Below are positions 1 to 16,337 of a stretch of 64,000 nucleotides of DNA, piece by piece. The first letter of the stretch is position 1; each line of letters starts with the position of its first letter. This stretch comes from an uncultured Gemmatimonadales bacterium. GTDB taxonomy: Bacteria; Gemmatimonadota; Gemmatimonadetes; Gemmatimonadales; GWC2-71-9. The DNA is taken from assembly GCA_963779755.1 (NCBI GenBank), contig CAVZZO010000003.1:1408001-1472000 (forward strand). Direction: 5' to 3'. A program made the translations under genes and the position numbers. Below the pieces are notes generated by a model, which saw only the letters and a program-made list of their open reading frames with translations, had not been told where the DNA came from and searched no databases.

Positions 1-1
1 T

Positions 2-50
2 GACGCCTCACGCCTCACGCCTCACGCCTCATGCCTCACCCCTCACCCCT
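2..50. repeat. Heptamer short tandem repeat (CGCCTCA)n downstream of the efflux operon
   Basis: gacgcctca cgcctca cgcctca cgcctca tgcctca cccctca cccct; the reverse complement family recurs at 16779-16807. Confidence 0.85.
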
Positions 51-59
51 CCCTACTTC

Positions 60-1502
60 TCACTTCTCACCCCACTCCCCCCCGACCGCCCGGTACAGCT
101 GTACCGCCGAGGCGAGTTGAAGCTCCTGGACCTCGGCCAGGGCCAGCTCCGCGTCGAACAGGCTGCGTTCGGAATCCAGCACCTCGAGATAGCTCGACAG
201 CCCCCCCTCGTAGCGCTCCTGCGCCAGGTGGAGGGCCCGCCGCAACGCCTCCACCTGGATCCGCTGGGCCGCCGCCTGATCGCGGGCGGTGCGGACCGCC
301 ACCAGGGCATCGTTCACCTCGCGGGTCGCCGAGAGCACCACCTGGTCATAGGACCAGCGGGCCTCGTCGATCCGGGCACGGGCCGCGGCCTGCTGGTCGC
401 GCAGGCGGCCGCCGGTGAAGAGGGGAATCGAGATCCCGCCCTGGATCTGGTAGATCTCGGTATTCGACTGGAACAGGCCCGAGATATCGGGGCTCTGCGA
501 CCCGTACTGGCCCAGCACCGTCAGCCGGGGCAGCCGCGCGGCGCCGGCCGCCGCGGCGCGGTAGTTAGCCGCCGCCAGCTCCCGCTCGGCGCGGCGGACA
601 TCGGGGCGGTTCTCCAGCAGTGTCGCCGGAACCGAGTCGGGCACGTCCACCGCCGTGACCACCCGGTCCAGCGGCAGCCCGCGGGGGATGGGGCCCTGCT
701 GCCGGCCCAGCAGGACCCGGACCCGGTTCTCCTGTTGCGCCACCAGCCGGGTGAACTCCGCGACCCGTGCGGCGGCGGCGGCGGCATCGGACTCGAACTG
801 CCGCACATCCAGCTCGGAAATCACCCCCTGGGAGAATCGGCGCCGGGCGAGCCGCAGCGTTTCGCGGCGGGAATCCAGCGTGCGGCTCGCGACATCCAGC
901 TCGGCATCATAGGCCCGCAACTGGAGGTACCCCTCCGCCACGTCGCCCACCAGCGCCAGCAGGACGGCGCGGCGGTCTTCCTGCCGCGCGGCCAGGTCGG
1001 CGCCGGCGGCCGCGGCGTTCTGGCGGATGCGTCCCCAGAGGTCGGGCTCCCAGGACACCTCGCCCTGCACCCGGTAGGCGTGATAGGCGGCGGGCGGCAC
1101 GATGCCCAGGGCGATCTGCTGCTTGACGTACACCCCGCTCACGCTGAGCTGCGGGAAGAAGTCGCTGCGGGCGACGCCGCGCAGAGCGCGGTATTCCGCC
1201 ACCCGGGCCACCGCCTGGCGCAGATCACGGTTGGAATCCACAGCCACGCCGATCAGCGAGTCCAGCACCGGATCGCGGAAGAGCCCCTGCCAGGACGGCG
1301 TCTGGAGGTCGCCCACGCCCAGCACGGTGGATACCGTGTCGGCCCGCGGGCGCTGCGCGATGCTGTCCAGCACCGGCGGGAGGGAATCGCCGGGACCGGT
1401 GGAGAGCTGGGTGCCGGCGGGGGCCACCCCGGGCGGCTGATAGCCCGCGCCGCAGGCGCTGAGCGCAGCCGTCAGCAGTGCGGCGGCAACGATCTGTTTC
1501 AT
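60..1502 (-). CDS. RND efflux outer-membrane lipoprotein (TolC/OprM/NodT family)
   Basis: Lipobox LSAC; motifs SWEPDLWGR, LLENRPDVRRAE, YEGGLSSYLEVLD, LYRAVGGEW; last gene of the RND operon. Confidence 0.95.
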   Translation of the reverse strand: MKQIVAAALLTAALSACGAGYQPPGVAPAGTQLSTGPGDSLPPVLDSIAQRPRADTVSTVLGVGDLQTPSWQGLFRDPVLDSLIGVAVDSNRDLRQAVARVAEYRALRGVARSDFFPQLSVSGVYVKQQIALGIVPPAAYHAYRVQGEVSWEPDLWGRIRQNAAAAGADLAARQEDRRAVLLALVGDVAEGYLQLRAYDAELDVASRTLDSRRETLRLARRRFSQGVISELDVRQFESDAAAAAARVAEFTRLVAQQENRVRVLLGRQQGPIPRGLPLDRVVTAVDVPDSVPATLLENRPDVRRAERELAAANYRAAAAGAARLPRLTVLGQYGSQSPDISGLFQSNTEIYQIQGGISIPLFTGGRLRDQQAAARARIDEARWSYDQVVLSATREVNDALVAVRTARDQAAAQRIQVEALRRALHLAQERYEGGLSSYLEVLDSERSLFDAELALAEVQELQLASAVQLYRAVGGEWGEK

Positions 1503-4500
1503 GCGCCCTCCCGGGCCGGCTCGCCGGCGTTGGCGGCCCGGCGGCGGAACAGGCCCCGCTCGCTGGCGCCACGGATCACGGCGAAGAAACTCGGTATGAA
1601 GAAGATCCCGATGGTGGTGGCGAACAGCATGCCGGCGAAGACGCCGGTGCCGATCGAATGCCGGCTCGCGGCGCCCGGCCCGCTGGCGATGACCAGCGGC
1701 GCCACGCCCAGGATGAAGGCGAACGAGGTCATCAGGATGGGCCGGAACCGTTCCCGAGCCGCCTCCACCGCCGCCTCGGCGATGGACCGCCCCTGGCCGC
1801 GCAGCTCGCTGGCGAACTCCACGATCAGAATCGCGTTCTTCGCAGCCAGGCCGACCACGGTGATCAGGCCCACCTGGAAGTACACGTCGATCGTCATGCC
1901 CCGCAGGTACACGCCCAGCAGCGCGCCCAGCGCGCCGAACGGGATGCCCAGCAGCACGGCAAAGGGAATGGACCAGCTCTCGTACTGCGCGGCCAGCACC
2001 AGGAACACCAGCACCAGTCCCAGGATCATGATGGTGGCGCCCTGCTCACCCGACGCCTTCTCCTGGAAGGATTGGCCCGAGTAGCCGTAGCCGATCCCCT
2101 GCCCCGCGAATCGCGAGGCGATGAGATGCTCGATGGCGCTCATCATTTCCGCCGTGCTCTTGCCCGGCGCCGGGGCCCCCGTCACCAGCGCGGAGGTGAA
2201 ACCGTTGAACCGGGTGAGGACGCCCGGGCCGGCCGTAAACTCGGTATGGGTGAGCGCCGAGAGGGGGATCATGTCGCCGGTCGTGGCGGAGCGGACGTAG
2301 AGGCGCCCGATATCGGCGGGCGTCTGCCGGAAGCGCGGCTGCGCCTCGGCCTGCACCCGGTAGGTGCGCCCGTAGAGGTTGAAGTCGTTGATGTAGACCG
2401 AGGACAGCATGGCCTGCATGGTCTGGAAGAGGGCCGACAGGTTCACGCCCCGCGCCTTGGCGGCGGCGCGGTCCACCGTGACCCGCACCTGCGGTTCGGA
2501 GGCGCTGAAGACGGTGCGGAGCCCGCCCACCTCGGGCAGCTGGTTGGCCGCCACCACGAAGGCGTTCACCTGCTGCGAAAAGGTCTGCAGGCTGCTGCCG
2601 CCGGTGTTCTCCAGATTCATCTCCAGCCCCGCCGTGGTGCCCAGGCCGGGGACCTCCGGGAAATTGAAGGAGAACGCCAGGGCGTCGCGCATGCCGAAGA
2701 GCTGGCCGTTGAGGCGGCCCAGGATGGCGCTCACCTGCAGGTTCTTCGCCCCGCGCTCGTCCCACGGCTTCAGCTTGATGAACATGGTGGCGGCGTTGCT
2801 CTTGGTAGCCTGGGTCAGGATATCCAGACCCACCAGCGTGGCCGCCTCCTGCACGCCGGGATCGTGCAACACGATCTGCTCCACCCGGCCCACCACCCGT
2901 TCCGTCCGCTGGCGCGAGGCGCCGTCGGGCAACTGCACCGCCAGGGCGATGAAGCCCTTGTCTTCCTCCGGCAGGAAGGTGTGGGGGATGTGATTCCAGA
3001 GCACCCAGGTGAGCGCCAGCAGCACGGCAAAGACGGCGAAGACCGTCTTGGGGTAGCCCAGCACCCGTCCCACGGCGCCGGTATAGCCGCGCCGGGCCCG
3101 GTGGAAGCCGCGGTTGAACCAGCCGAAGGGCCCGTGCTCCGGCTCGTCTTCCTCCCGCTTGCGGAGCAGGAGCGCGCAGAGCGCAGGCGTCAGCGTCAGG
3201 GCCACGATTCCCGAGAGCACCACCGCGATCACGATGGTGATGGCGAACTGCTTGTACAGGGCGCCGGTAATGCCGCCCACGAACGCGACCGGAATGAAGA
3301 CCGCGCAGAGGGAGATGACGATCGCGATCAGCGCCCCGGCCACCTGGCGCATGGCCCGGTCGGCCGCCACCCGCGGGCCCACCCCCTCGTCGGCCATGAT
3401 CCGTTCCACGTTTTCGATCACCACGATGGCGTCGTCCACCACGATGCCGATGGCCAGGACCAGGCCGAACAGCGTCAGCACGTTGATGGAGAAGCCCAGG
3501 AACTGCAGTCCCAGGAAGGTGCCGATCACGCTCACCGGCACGGCCAGGATGGGAATCAGGGTCGCCCGCCAGCTCTGCAGAAAGACGAACACCACCAGCG
3601 TCACCAGCAGCATCGCCTCCGCCAGCGTCTTCACCACCTCATCCACCGACGCCGAAATGAAGAGCGTGGTGTCGTACGGCAGCGACCAGGAGACCCCGCT
3701 GGGGAACTTGGCCGCCAGCTCGTCCATCCGCTCTGCCACGGCTTTCTTCACCTGCAACGCGTTCGCGCCGGCCCGCAGATAGACCAGGAAGAAGGCGGTC
3801 GGATGCCCGCTCAGCCGGCCGACCGCATCGTAGTCCTGGGAACCCAGCGTCACCGTGGCGATATCACCCAGCCGCACCAGCGAAGCATCCGGCGCGGTCC
3901 GCACGATGATGCTGTCGAACTCCGCGGGCGTGGTGAGCCGGCCCTGGGTGGTGACCGGCAGGGTGAACTGGGTGCCGGCGGGCGCGGGTTCGCGGCCCAG
4001 CCGGCCGGCCGGGTTGGTGGTGTTCTGCTCCTGCACGGCCTGGATCACGTCGCCCACCGTCAGGCCCAGCTGCGCCATCCGGTCGGGGTCGAGCCCCAGG
4101 CGCATGGCGAACTGCAGCTGCCCGAAGAACTGGGCGTTCCCCACACCGGGGAGGCGCTTGAGCTCGTCCTCGAGATACAGCTTGCCGTAGTTGCTGAGAT
4201 AGGAGGCGTCGTAGCGGGCGCTGGTCGAGGTCAGCGCCCCAACCAGCAGGATGTCGCTCTGGGCCTTCTGCACGATGATGCCCTGGCGCCGCACCTCTTC
4301 GGGGAGTTGCGGTTCCGCCAGCTTGACCGCGTTCTGCACGTCGATCGCCGCCAGATCGGGGTCGCGCGAAATATCGAACAGCAGGGACAGTGACATCGCC
4401 CCCGAGCTGGAATTGGACGACTTGTAGTAGAGCAGCCCCTGCAGGCCGGAGAGCTGTTCCTCGATCGGCGCCGCCACCGCCCTGGCCACGTCCTCCGAGC

Positions 4501-4675
4501 TGGCGCCGGGATAGAACGCCGTCACCGAGATGGTGGGCGGCGAGATGTTGGGATAACGGTTGACCGGCAGCCGCTGCAGGGCGAACAGCCCGAGCAGGGT
4601 GATGACGATGGAGATGACCATCGCCAGCACCGGCCGGCGGACGAAGAAATAGCGAATCTCCTGGCTGTCGTTCAT
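1499..4675 (-). CDS. HAE1-family RND efflux permease (AcrB/MexB-like), 1058 aa
   Basis: True start MNDSQEIRYFFVRRPVLA (ATG at 4675, ATGA overlap with the adaptor stop); GIVVDDAIVVIENVER, GLAAKNAILIVEFA, RFRPILMTS. Confidence 0.97.
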   Translation of the reverse strand: MNDSQEIRYFFVRRPVLAMVISIVITLLGLFALQRLPVNRYPNISPPTISVTAFYPGASSEDVARAVAAPIEEQLSGLQGLLYYKSSNSSSGAMSLSLLFDISRDPDLAAIDVQNAVKLAEPQLPEEVRRQGIIVQKAQSDILLVGALTSTSARYDASYLSNYGKLYLEDELKRLPGVGNAQFFGQLQFAMRLGLDPDRMAQLGLTVGDVIQAVQEQNTTNPAGRLGREPAPAGTQFTLPVTTQGRLTTPAEFDSIIVRTAPDASLVRLGDIATVTLGSQDYDAVGRLSGHPTAFFLVYLRAGANALQVKKAVAERMDELAAKFPSGVSWSLPYDTTLFISASVDEVVKTLAEAMLLVTLVVFVFLQSWRATLIPILAVPVSVIGTFLGLQFLGFSINVLTLFGLVLAIGIVVDDAIVVIENVERIMADEGVGPRVAADRAMRQVAGALIAIVISLCAVFIPVAFVGGITGALYKQFAITIVIAVVLSGIVALTLTPALCALLLRKREEDEPEHGPFGWFNRGFHRARRGYTGAVGRVLGYPKTVFAVFAVLLALTWVLWNHIPHTFLPEEDKGFIALAVQLPDGASRQRTERVVGRVEQIVLHDPGVQEAATLVGLDILTQATKSNAATMFIKLKPWDERGAKNLQVSAILGRLNGQLFGMRDALAFSFNFPEVPGLGTTAGLEMNLENTGGSSLQTFSQQVNAFVVAANQLPEVGGLRTVFSASEPQVRVTVDRAAAKARGVNLSALFQTMQAMLSSVYINDFNLYGRTYRVQAEAQPRFRQTPADIGRLYVRSATTGDMIPLSALTHTEFTAGPGVLTRFNGFTSALVTGAPAPGKSTAEMMSAIEHLIASRFAGQGIGYGYSGQSFQEKASGEQGATIMILGLVLVFLVLAAQYESWSIPFAVLLGIPFGALGALLGVYLRGMTIDVYFQVGLITVVGLAAKNAILIVEFASELRGQGRSIAEAAVEAARERFRPILMTSFAFILGVAPLVIASGPGAASRHSIGTGVFAGMLFATTIGIFFIPSFFAVIRGASERGLFRRRAANAGEPAREGA

Positions 4676-5826
4676 CGGGTGCCCCCCGGCGCGGCGGGGG
4701 GCGCCTGGGTGGAATCGGCGCTGCTGTCGGCCGGGACCGGTTTCACCACAGCCCCGGGGCCGATCTTCTGGACGTTGTCCACCACCACGCGGTCGCCCGC
4801 CTGCAGCCCGCTGTCGATCACCCAGCGCTGGCCGCTCCACTGGCCCGGCGTGACGTCCCGGGTGGACACGGTATCGCCGGGGCCGACCACGAACACGTAG
4901 GAGCGGCCGAGGTCCTGGAGCACCGCGGTGGCGGGCACGACGATGGCGCTGTCGAGCTGAAACCCGACCGGCCGTACCCGCACGAACTGGCCGGGTACCA
5001 GCACATGATCGCTGTTGCTGAAACGCGCCCGGAATGCCTGGGTGCCGCTGCCCTGGTCGACCACCGGATCGACATAATCCAGCTTGCCGGTACGCTCGAG
5101 CTGGTTGCCGTCCGGCAGGGTCACCCGAACCGCGAGGCCGCCGCCCGGCCGGGCCAACCCGCGCGACGCCGCGTTGTTGCGCCAGCGCGCCAGGACCTGC
5201 GCCGAGGGGTGGAAGGTCACGTAGACCGGATCGAGCTGGTCGATGGTGGTGAGCAGGTCGGCGGGGCCGGTGACCCGGGCCCCCAGCTCCATCCGGGTGC
5301 GCCCCACCCGTCCCTCGATCTCGGCCCGGATCACCGTGTCGTCCAGATTCTGCTTCGCTTCGGTGACGGCGGCCTGGGCCTGCTCCAGCTCGGTCCGGGC
5401 ATCGTCCACGTCGCGCCGCGCCACGGCATTGTCCTGCTGCAGCGGCTCCAGCCGCTCCAGGTTGCGTTGCGCATTGCGGTACCGGGCCATCGCGCTCCGA
5501 TAAGCCGCGGCGTAGCGGACGGTATCGAGCCGGAAGAGCACCTGGCCCGGATGCACCTCCGAGCCTTCCGTGAAGGGGCGGCTCATGATGATGCCGTCCA
5601 CGCGCGAACGCACCTCCACCCGGCGGAACGGCTCTACCTGGCCGACAAACTCGTACTCCTCGGCCACGTTCTGAGGCGACACCTGCACAATGCCCACCTC
5701 TGTGGGCGGGAACTGGGGCGGCGGGCTCTTCTTGCCGCAGGCCAGGGCCGCGGCGGCCAGCAGAACCACGAGGGCGCCGGGCAGCATCCGGCCGGGCCGT
5801 GAAACAGCGGAGAAGACTGGGCTCAC
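4672..5826 (-). CDS. RND efflux periplasmic adaptor (membrane fusion protein), lipoprotein
   Basis: Lipobox ALAC; VEVRSRVDGII, FTEGSEVHPGQVLF, LVPGQFVRV, GLQAGDRVVV; GTGA overlap with the TetR stop. Confidence 0.95.
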   Translation of the reverse strand: MSPVFSAVSRPGRMLPGALVVLLAAAALACGKKSPPPQFPPTEVGIVQVSPQNVAEEYEFVGQVEPFRRVEVRSRVDGIIMSRPFTEGSEVHPGQVLFRLDTVRYAAAYRSAMARYRNAQRNLERLEPLQQDNAVARRDVDDARTELEQAQAAVTEAKQNLDDTVIRAEIEGRVGRTRMELGARVTGPADLLTTIDQLDPVYVTFHPSAQVLARWRNNAASRGLARPGGGLAVRVTLPDGNQLERTGKLDYVDPVVDQGSGTQAFRARFSNSDHVLVPGQFVRVRPVGFQLDSAIVVPATAVLQDLGRSYVFVVGPGDTVSTRDVTPGQWSGQRWVIDSGLQAGDRVVVDNVQKIGPGAVVKPVPADSSADSTQAPPAAPGGTR

Positions 5827-6521
5827 GATGAAGATTCCGGGTTCGAAGCGGGGGAAGCCGTCTCACTGGAGCCGCTCGGCTCCCGACGGAGGTAACACTC
5901 GACCATGCCGAGGTAGCCCGACCAGATCGTGTCGGGCTGGGGCAGCCATCCATGCTTGCGCTCGATGCCGGCCATCTGTTTCGCGGCCCCCACCAGCAGG
6001 AGGAGGAAGAGGTGGGCGGTGGCCTCGGGATCGAGGGCGCGGAACTCGCCTTCACCCATCCCGGCTTCGAGCAGGGCGGAGAGCAGGCGGTGCTTCCGCT
6101 GGTATACCTGGCGCAACACCAGACGGGAGGAGTTGGGAAAGGCGGTGCCCTCGGCGTCGAGCACGCAGGCGAGGGCGGCGACTCCCGGCTCGCGCAGATG
6201 CTCCCAGATCCGGCGCAGGTGGGTCTGCAGCGCCTCGCCCACCGGCATGGAACGGCAGGCTACGATGGCGGCTTCGTCGTCCAGGAAGCAGGCCAGCCGG
6301 GCCTCGACCACCGCCTCGAAGAGGTCGGCCTTGCTGCCGAAGTAGTGGGCCACCGTGCCGGGAGAGACGCCGGCGAGCTGGGCAACCTCCCCCATGGTGC
6401 AGCGCTCGAAGCCCTGCTCGGCGAACACTCGAAAGGCCGCCTCGACGATCTCGAGGCGCCGCTCTTCAGGGCGGCGATGCCAGCGGGGACCGCATTCGGG
6501 TCCGGGCTTTGGAGGACACAT
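5823..6521 (-). CDS. TetR/AcrR-family transcriptional regulator
   Basis: N-terminal HTH IVEAAFRVFAEQGFERCTMGEVAQLAGVSPGTVAHYFGSKADLF; heads the efflux operon. Confidence 0.93.
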   Translation of the reverse strand: MCPPKPGPECGPRWHRRPEERRLEIVEAAFRVFAEQGFERCTMGEVAQLAGVSPGTVAHYFGSKADLFEAVVEARLACFLDDEAAIVACRSMPVGEALQTHLRRIWEHLREPGVAALACVLDAEGTAFPNSSRLVLRQVYQRKHRLLSALLEAGMGEGEFRALDPEATAHLFLLLLVGAAKQMAGIERKHGWLPQPDTIWSGYLGMVECYLRREPSGSSETASPASNPESSS

Positions 6522-6522
6522 G

Positions 6523-6559
6523 GCCCGGGTAAATAATCGAAGCGCTATTCAATTACAAG
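6523..6559 (-). promoter_or_regulatory. Putative promoter/TetR operator of the efflux operon
   Basis: AT-rich island on the minus strand: TTGTAA-17 nt-TATTTA, 8 nt before the ATG, with an imperfect palindrome GTAATTGAATAGCGCTTCGATTATTTAC. Confidence 0.45.
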
Positions 6560-6622
6560 GGGTAAGTCTATGGGAGGAATGGCGGTTCATGCTGAACGCC
6601 AAGCCGAACGTGGGTTCAGCAT

Positions 6623-6701
6623 GCCGGGGAAAAGGGAACCGGGAAACGGGAAGAGGAAGACCCTTTCCCCTTTCCCTGTTCCCGTTTCCCTTTTCCCCGG
6701 C
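6623..6701. terminator. Long hairpin made of inverted GGGAAAN heptamer runs; likely terminator/repeat after the kinase operon
   Basis: GCCGGGGAAAAGGGAA...TTCCCTTTTCCCCGGC (16-bp perfect outer stem) abutting the stop at 6702. Confidence 0.6.
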
Positions 6702-7924
6702 TTACAGCTCCAGCCCCTTGCCGATGGTGAAGTAGAACGTCGCCCCCTGTTCGGGCAGTCCCTCGGCCCAGACCCGGCCGCCATGGCGATAGATAATCCG
6801 CTGCACGGTGGCCAGGCCGATGCCGCTGCCGGGGTAGTCCTCGGAGCGGTGCAGCCGCTGAAAGGGGCCAAAGAGCCGGTCCGCGTAGTTCATGTCGAAT
6901 CCGGCGCCGTTGTCCCGCACGAAGAAGACCGGCTCGCCGTCGCGGACGATGCTTCCCACCTGAATCCTGGCGCCCTCGCGCCGGGCGGTGAACTTCCAGG
7001 CATTCCCCAGCAGGTTCTCCATGACCAGCTGCAGCAGCTGCGGGTCGGCCAGGACCGACATCCCCGGCCGGATCACCACCTGCACCTGCCGGCCGGGCTC
7101 CAGCTCCTCCAGCCGGGAGACGATGCTGGCCGACAGGGCGCTCAGGTCCACCTCCAGGCGCCGGGGTGAGGCCTGGCTGAACTCCGAGAGCCGCATGACG
7201 CTGACGATGAGCGACTCCATCTGGTCGATGGACTCGCAGATGCGGTCCAGGTAGTGGCCGCCCTCGCCGCCCAGATGGCCGGCGCTGGTTTCCAGCAGCG
7301 CCCGGCTGAAGTTCCGGATGCGGCGCAGGGGCGCGCGCAGGTCGTGCGAGACGGCATAGCTGAAGCTTTCCAGCTCGCGGTTCTTGCGCCGCAACTCCTC
7401 GACCAGGGCGGCGCGGGTCTCGGCCAGCTGGGTGGCCCGGCGTTCCTTTTCCTGGAGCTGGCGCGCCTGGCGGCCCAGCAGCTCGTTCTTGCGGGCCAGC
7501 TCGACGAACACCCGGACCTTGGAGCGCACGAACTCCGGGATGATGGGTTTGATCAGGTAGTCCACCGCGCCCAGCTCGTAGCCGCGCCAGGCCAGCTCGG
7601 TGCTGCGCGAGTCGGCCGTGAGGAAGATGATGGGCGTGGCGCTGCTGCGCTCGCGCTGCCGCACCAGCTCGGCGGTCTGGAAGCCGTCGAGATCGGGCAT
7701 CTTCACGTCGAGCAGAATGACGGCGCAGTCGTTCGAGAGGAGCCAGCGCAGCGCCTCGCGGCCCGAGGCCGCGCGCACCAGGTTCTCGCCCAGGTCCTGC
7801 AGCACGGCTTCCAGCGCCAGGAGGTTGGCCGGCTGATCGTCCACCAGCAGCACGTTGACCGGATCGGCCCTGGGCGCCTCGGCTTCCGCCCCGGCCGGCG
7901 CGGCGGTCTTCAGTTCGGTGCCGG

Positions 7925-7928
<4 letters not shown>
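6702..7928 (-). CDS. Hybrid sensor kinase REC-HisKA-HATPase
   Basis: Start MTGTELK (ATGA overlap at 7925-7928); [49 protein letters not shown]. Confidence 0.93.
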
Positions 7929-14071
<6,143 letters not shown>

Positions 14072-14279
14072 GAGAAGGCACTCCGGAGTGTGATGTGACG
14101 CAGGCACCACGCAACTGGACGGGTGAGATCTGATATTTTGCGGAGAAAACGGGCTCCCCAAACCCGCTACAGTAGGAGCCCGCTCACCTCTGCAATATGA
14201 CTTTTGACCCGATTCTGCGCCGTCGCCCAAAGTCCTGCATGCTTGTAGGCAAATTTCTCATTGACCCGGCGCCCTCTGT

Positions 14280-16229
14280 GTGCCGAGATTCCGCTCCTGC
14301 ATTGATCCGCCCTCCGGAGGTGTTCCACTGGCCGCCCCGACCCTGAGCCCCCCTGCCGCTGCGCCGGTCCAGATTCTGATTCTCGAAGACGAGGCCATGG
14401 ACGCCGAGCTGGTGGAGTACGAGTTGCGCAAGACCGGCCTGCCGTTCGCGCTGCACCGGGTGGATAGCCGGGAGCGCTTCACCCGGGAGCTGGTGGAGCA
14501 CCGGCCCGACCTGATTCTCTCCGACTACACCCTGCCGGCCTTCGACGGCATGGCCGCGCTGGAGCTGGCCCGCGAGCTGGCCCCCGGCGTTCCCTTCCTT
14601 ATCCTCACCGGCTCTATCAACGAGGAGACCGCGGTCCGCTGCATGAAGGCTGGCGCCACCGACTACCTGCTCAAGAACAACCTGGCGCGCATCGGGCCCG
14701 CCATTGCCCGGGCACTGGAGCGGGAGCGCTCGCGGGCGGAAAAGAAGGAGGCCCAGGCGGCGCTGCGCCGCTCGGAGGCGCGGCTGCGGGCCATTATCGA
14801 CCACAGCCTCCAGGCGTTCGTGCTGCTGGACCGGATGGGCACCATCCAGACCCTGAACCGGCGGGCTGTCGAGTGGCTCAACCGGATGGTGGATCACGGA
14901 CCGAACGAAGGCGACGACTTCTATCAGATCGACCCGTTCCGGGGAAAGGATTGGCAGAACGCTTTCGACCTCGCCTTGCAGGGAAAAATCCTGACACGGG
15001 AGCACACGCTGGCAGTCCCGGGCTCCGAGGCCCGCTGGTTCGAGACCACTCACGCCCCGGTCATGGACGAGGACGAGGTCATCGGCGTCTGCCTCAGCCT
15101 CAGCGATATCACCGAGCGGAAGCGCGCCGAAGAGGAACTGCGGGAGAGCGAGGCCCGGTTCCGCACCCTGGCCGATTCGGCTCCGGTGCTGATCTGGATG
15201 GCCAACCGCGGCGGGCGGATCACCTACGTCAACCGCCGCTGGCTCGAGTTCACCGGGCGGGAGGCGTCCGCCGAGGCAGGGAACAGCTGGCTGGAGCGGG
15301 TACATCCCGAGGACCGCGCCCGCTGCGCCGCCGAACGGAGCGAAGCCATCCACGCCGGGCGGCCGTTCACGCTGGAATTCCGGCTGCAACGAGCCGACCG
15401 GGAGTACCGCTGGATGCTCGACACCGGCACACCGCGCTGCTCTTCGGATGGTGAGCTGGCCGGCTACATCGGCTCCTGCCTGGATATTACCGACCGCAAG
15501 CAGGCCGAAGCGGAGTTGAGCGATTTTGCCCAGCGGCTGGCGCGGAGCAACCGCGAGTTGGAGCAGTTCGCCTATATCGCCTCGCACGACCTGCAGGAGC
15601 CGCTGCGGATGGTCTCCAGCTATACCGAGATGCTGGCGCGGCGCTATCGGGGCAAGCTGGACGAGCGAGCCGACGAGTACATCGGCTACACCGTGGACGG
15701 TGTGAAACGCATGCACGCCCTCATCGGCGACCTGCTGGCGCTCTCCCGGGTGGAGGTGACCCCGCGGCAGTTCCCGCCGCTGCTGCTTTCCCTGGCGGTC
15801 AAGGAGGCAATGGGGAATCTCCGGCGGGCCATCGAGGACGCCGGCGCCGAGGTCACGGTGGGCGAGCTGCCGATGGTGAAGGCCGACGGCACCCAGATGG
15901 TGCAGCTCTTCCAGAACCTGATCGGCAATGCGCTCAAGTTCCGGGGCGAGGCGCCGCCCCGGGTGCGGATCGAGGCGGCGGAAGGGGAGGAACCGGTCGT
16001 CAGCGTGGCGGACAACGGCATCGGCATCGCGGCCGAGCACCGGGAGAAGATCTTCGGCATGTTCCAGCGGCTCCATTCCCGCAGCGAATACGCCGGCACC
16101 GGGATCGGGCTGGCGGTGTGCCGCAAGATCGTGGACCGGCACGGCGGGAGGATCTGGGTGGAATCGGAGCCGGGCCAGGGATGCACGTTCTTCGTGGCGT
16201 TTCCGGCGGTGAGCGAGGAAGTCCTTTAG
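14280..16229 (+). CDS. REC-PAS-PAS histidine kinase (start uncertain; possibly CTG at 14328)
   Basis: ILILED, LILSDYTLP, PAS (ADSAPVLIWM...VHPEDR...YRWMLD), FAYIASHDLQEPLR, NLIGNALKF, GTGIGLA. Confidence 0.92.
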   Translation: MPRFRSCIDPPSGGVPLAAPTLSPPAAAPVQILILEDEAMDAELVEYELRKTGLPFALHRVDSRERFTRELVEHRPDLILSDYTLPAFDGMAALELARELAPGVPFLILTGSINEETAVRCMKAGATDYLLKNNLARIGPAIARALERERSRAEKKEAQAALRRSEARLRAIIDHSLQAFVLLDRMGTIQTLNRRAVEWLNRMVDHGPNEGDDFYQIDPFRGKDWQNAFDLALQGKILTREHTLAVPGSEARWFETTHAPVMDEDEVIGVCLSLSDITERKRAEEELRESEARFRTLADSAPVLIWMANRGGRITYVNRRWLEFTGREASAEAGNSWLERVHPEDRARCAAERSEAIHAGRPFTLEFRLQRADREYRWMLDTGTPRCSSDGELAGYIGSCLDITDRKQAEAELSDFAQRLARSNRELEQFAYIASHDLQEPLRMVSSYTEMLARRYRGKLDERADEYIGYTVDGVKRMHALIGDLLALSRVEVTPRQFPPLLLSLAVKEAMGNLRRAIEDAGAEVTVGELPMVKADGTQMVQLFQNLIGNALKFRGEAPPRVRIEAAEGEEPVVSVADNGIGIAAEHREKIFGMFQRLHSRSEYAGTGIGLAVCRKIVDRHGGRIWVESEPGQGCTFFVAFPAVSEEVL

Positions 16230-16337
16230 GGCCGCCTTGCCGCCTTCCCACCTTCTTAAGCCTCTCTTCAGGCCCCGGGCGGTACGATGCATAGGCATTC
16301 CGCCACACCGGCGGGGTGCCTGCCCAGGAGGTGTCCC

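Noticed and set aside
4676..6055. N-terminal 460-aa extension of the RND permease ORF
   Set aside because: It is a low-complexity off-frame reading that overlaps the adaptor and TetR genes; the family N-terminus begins at 4675.
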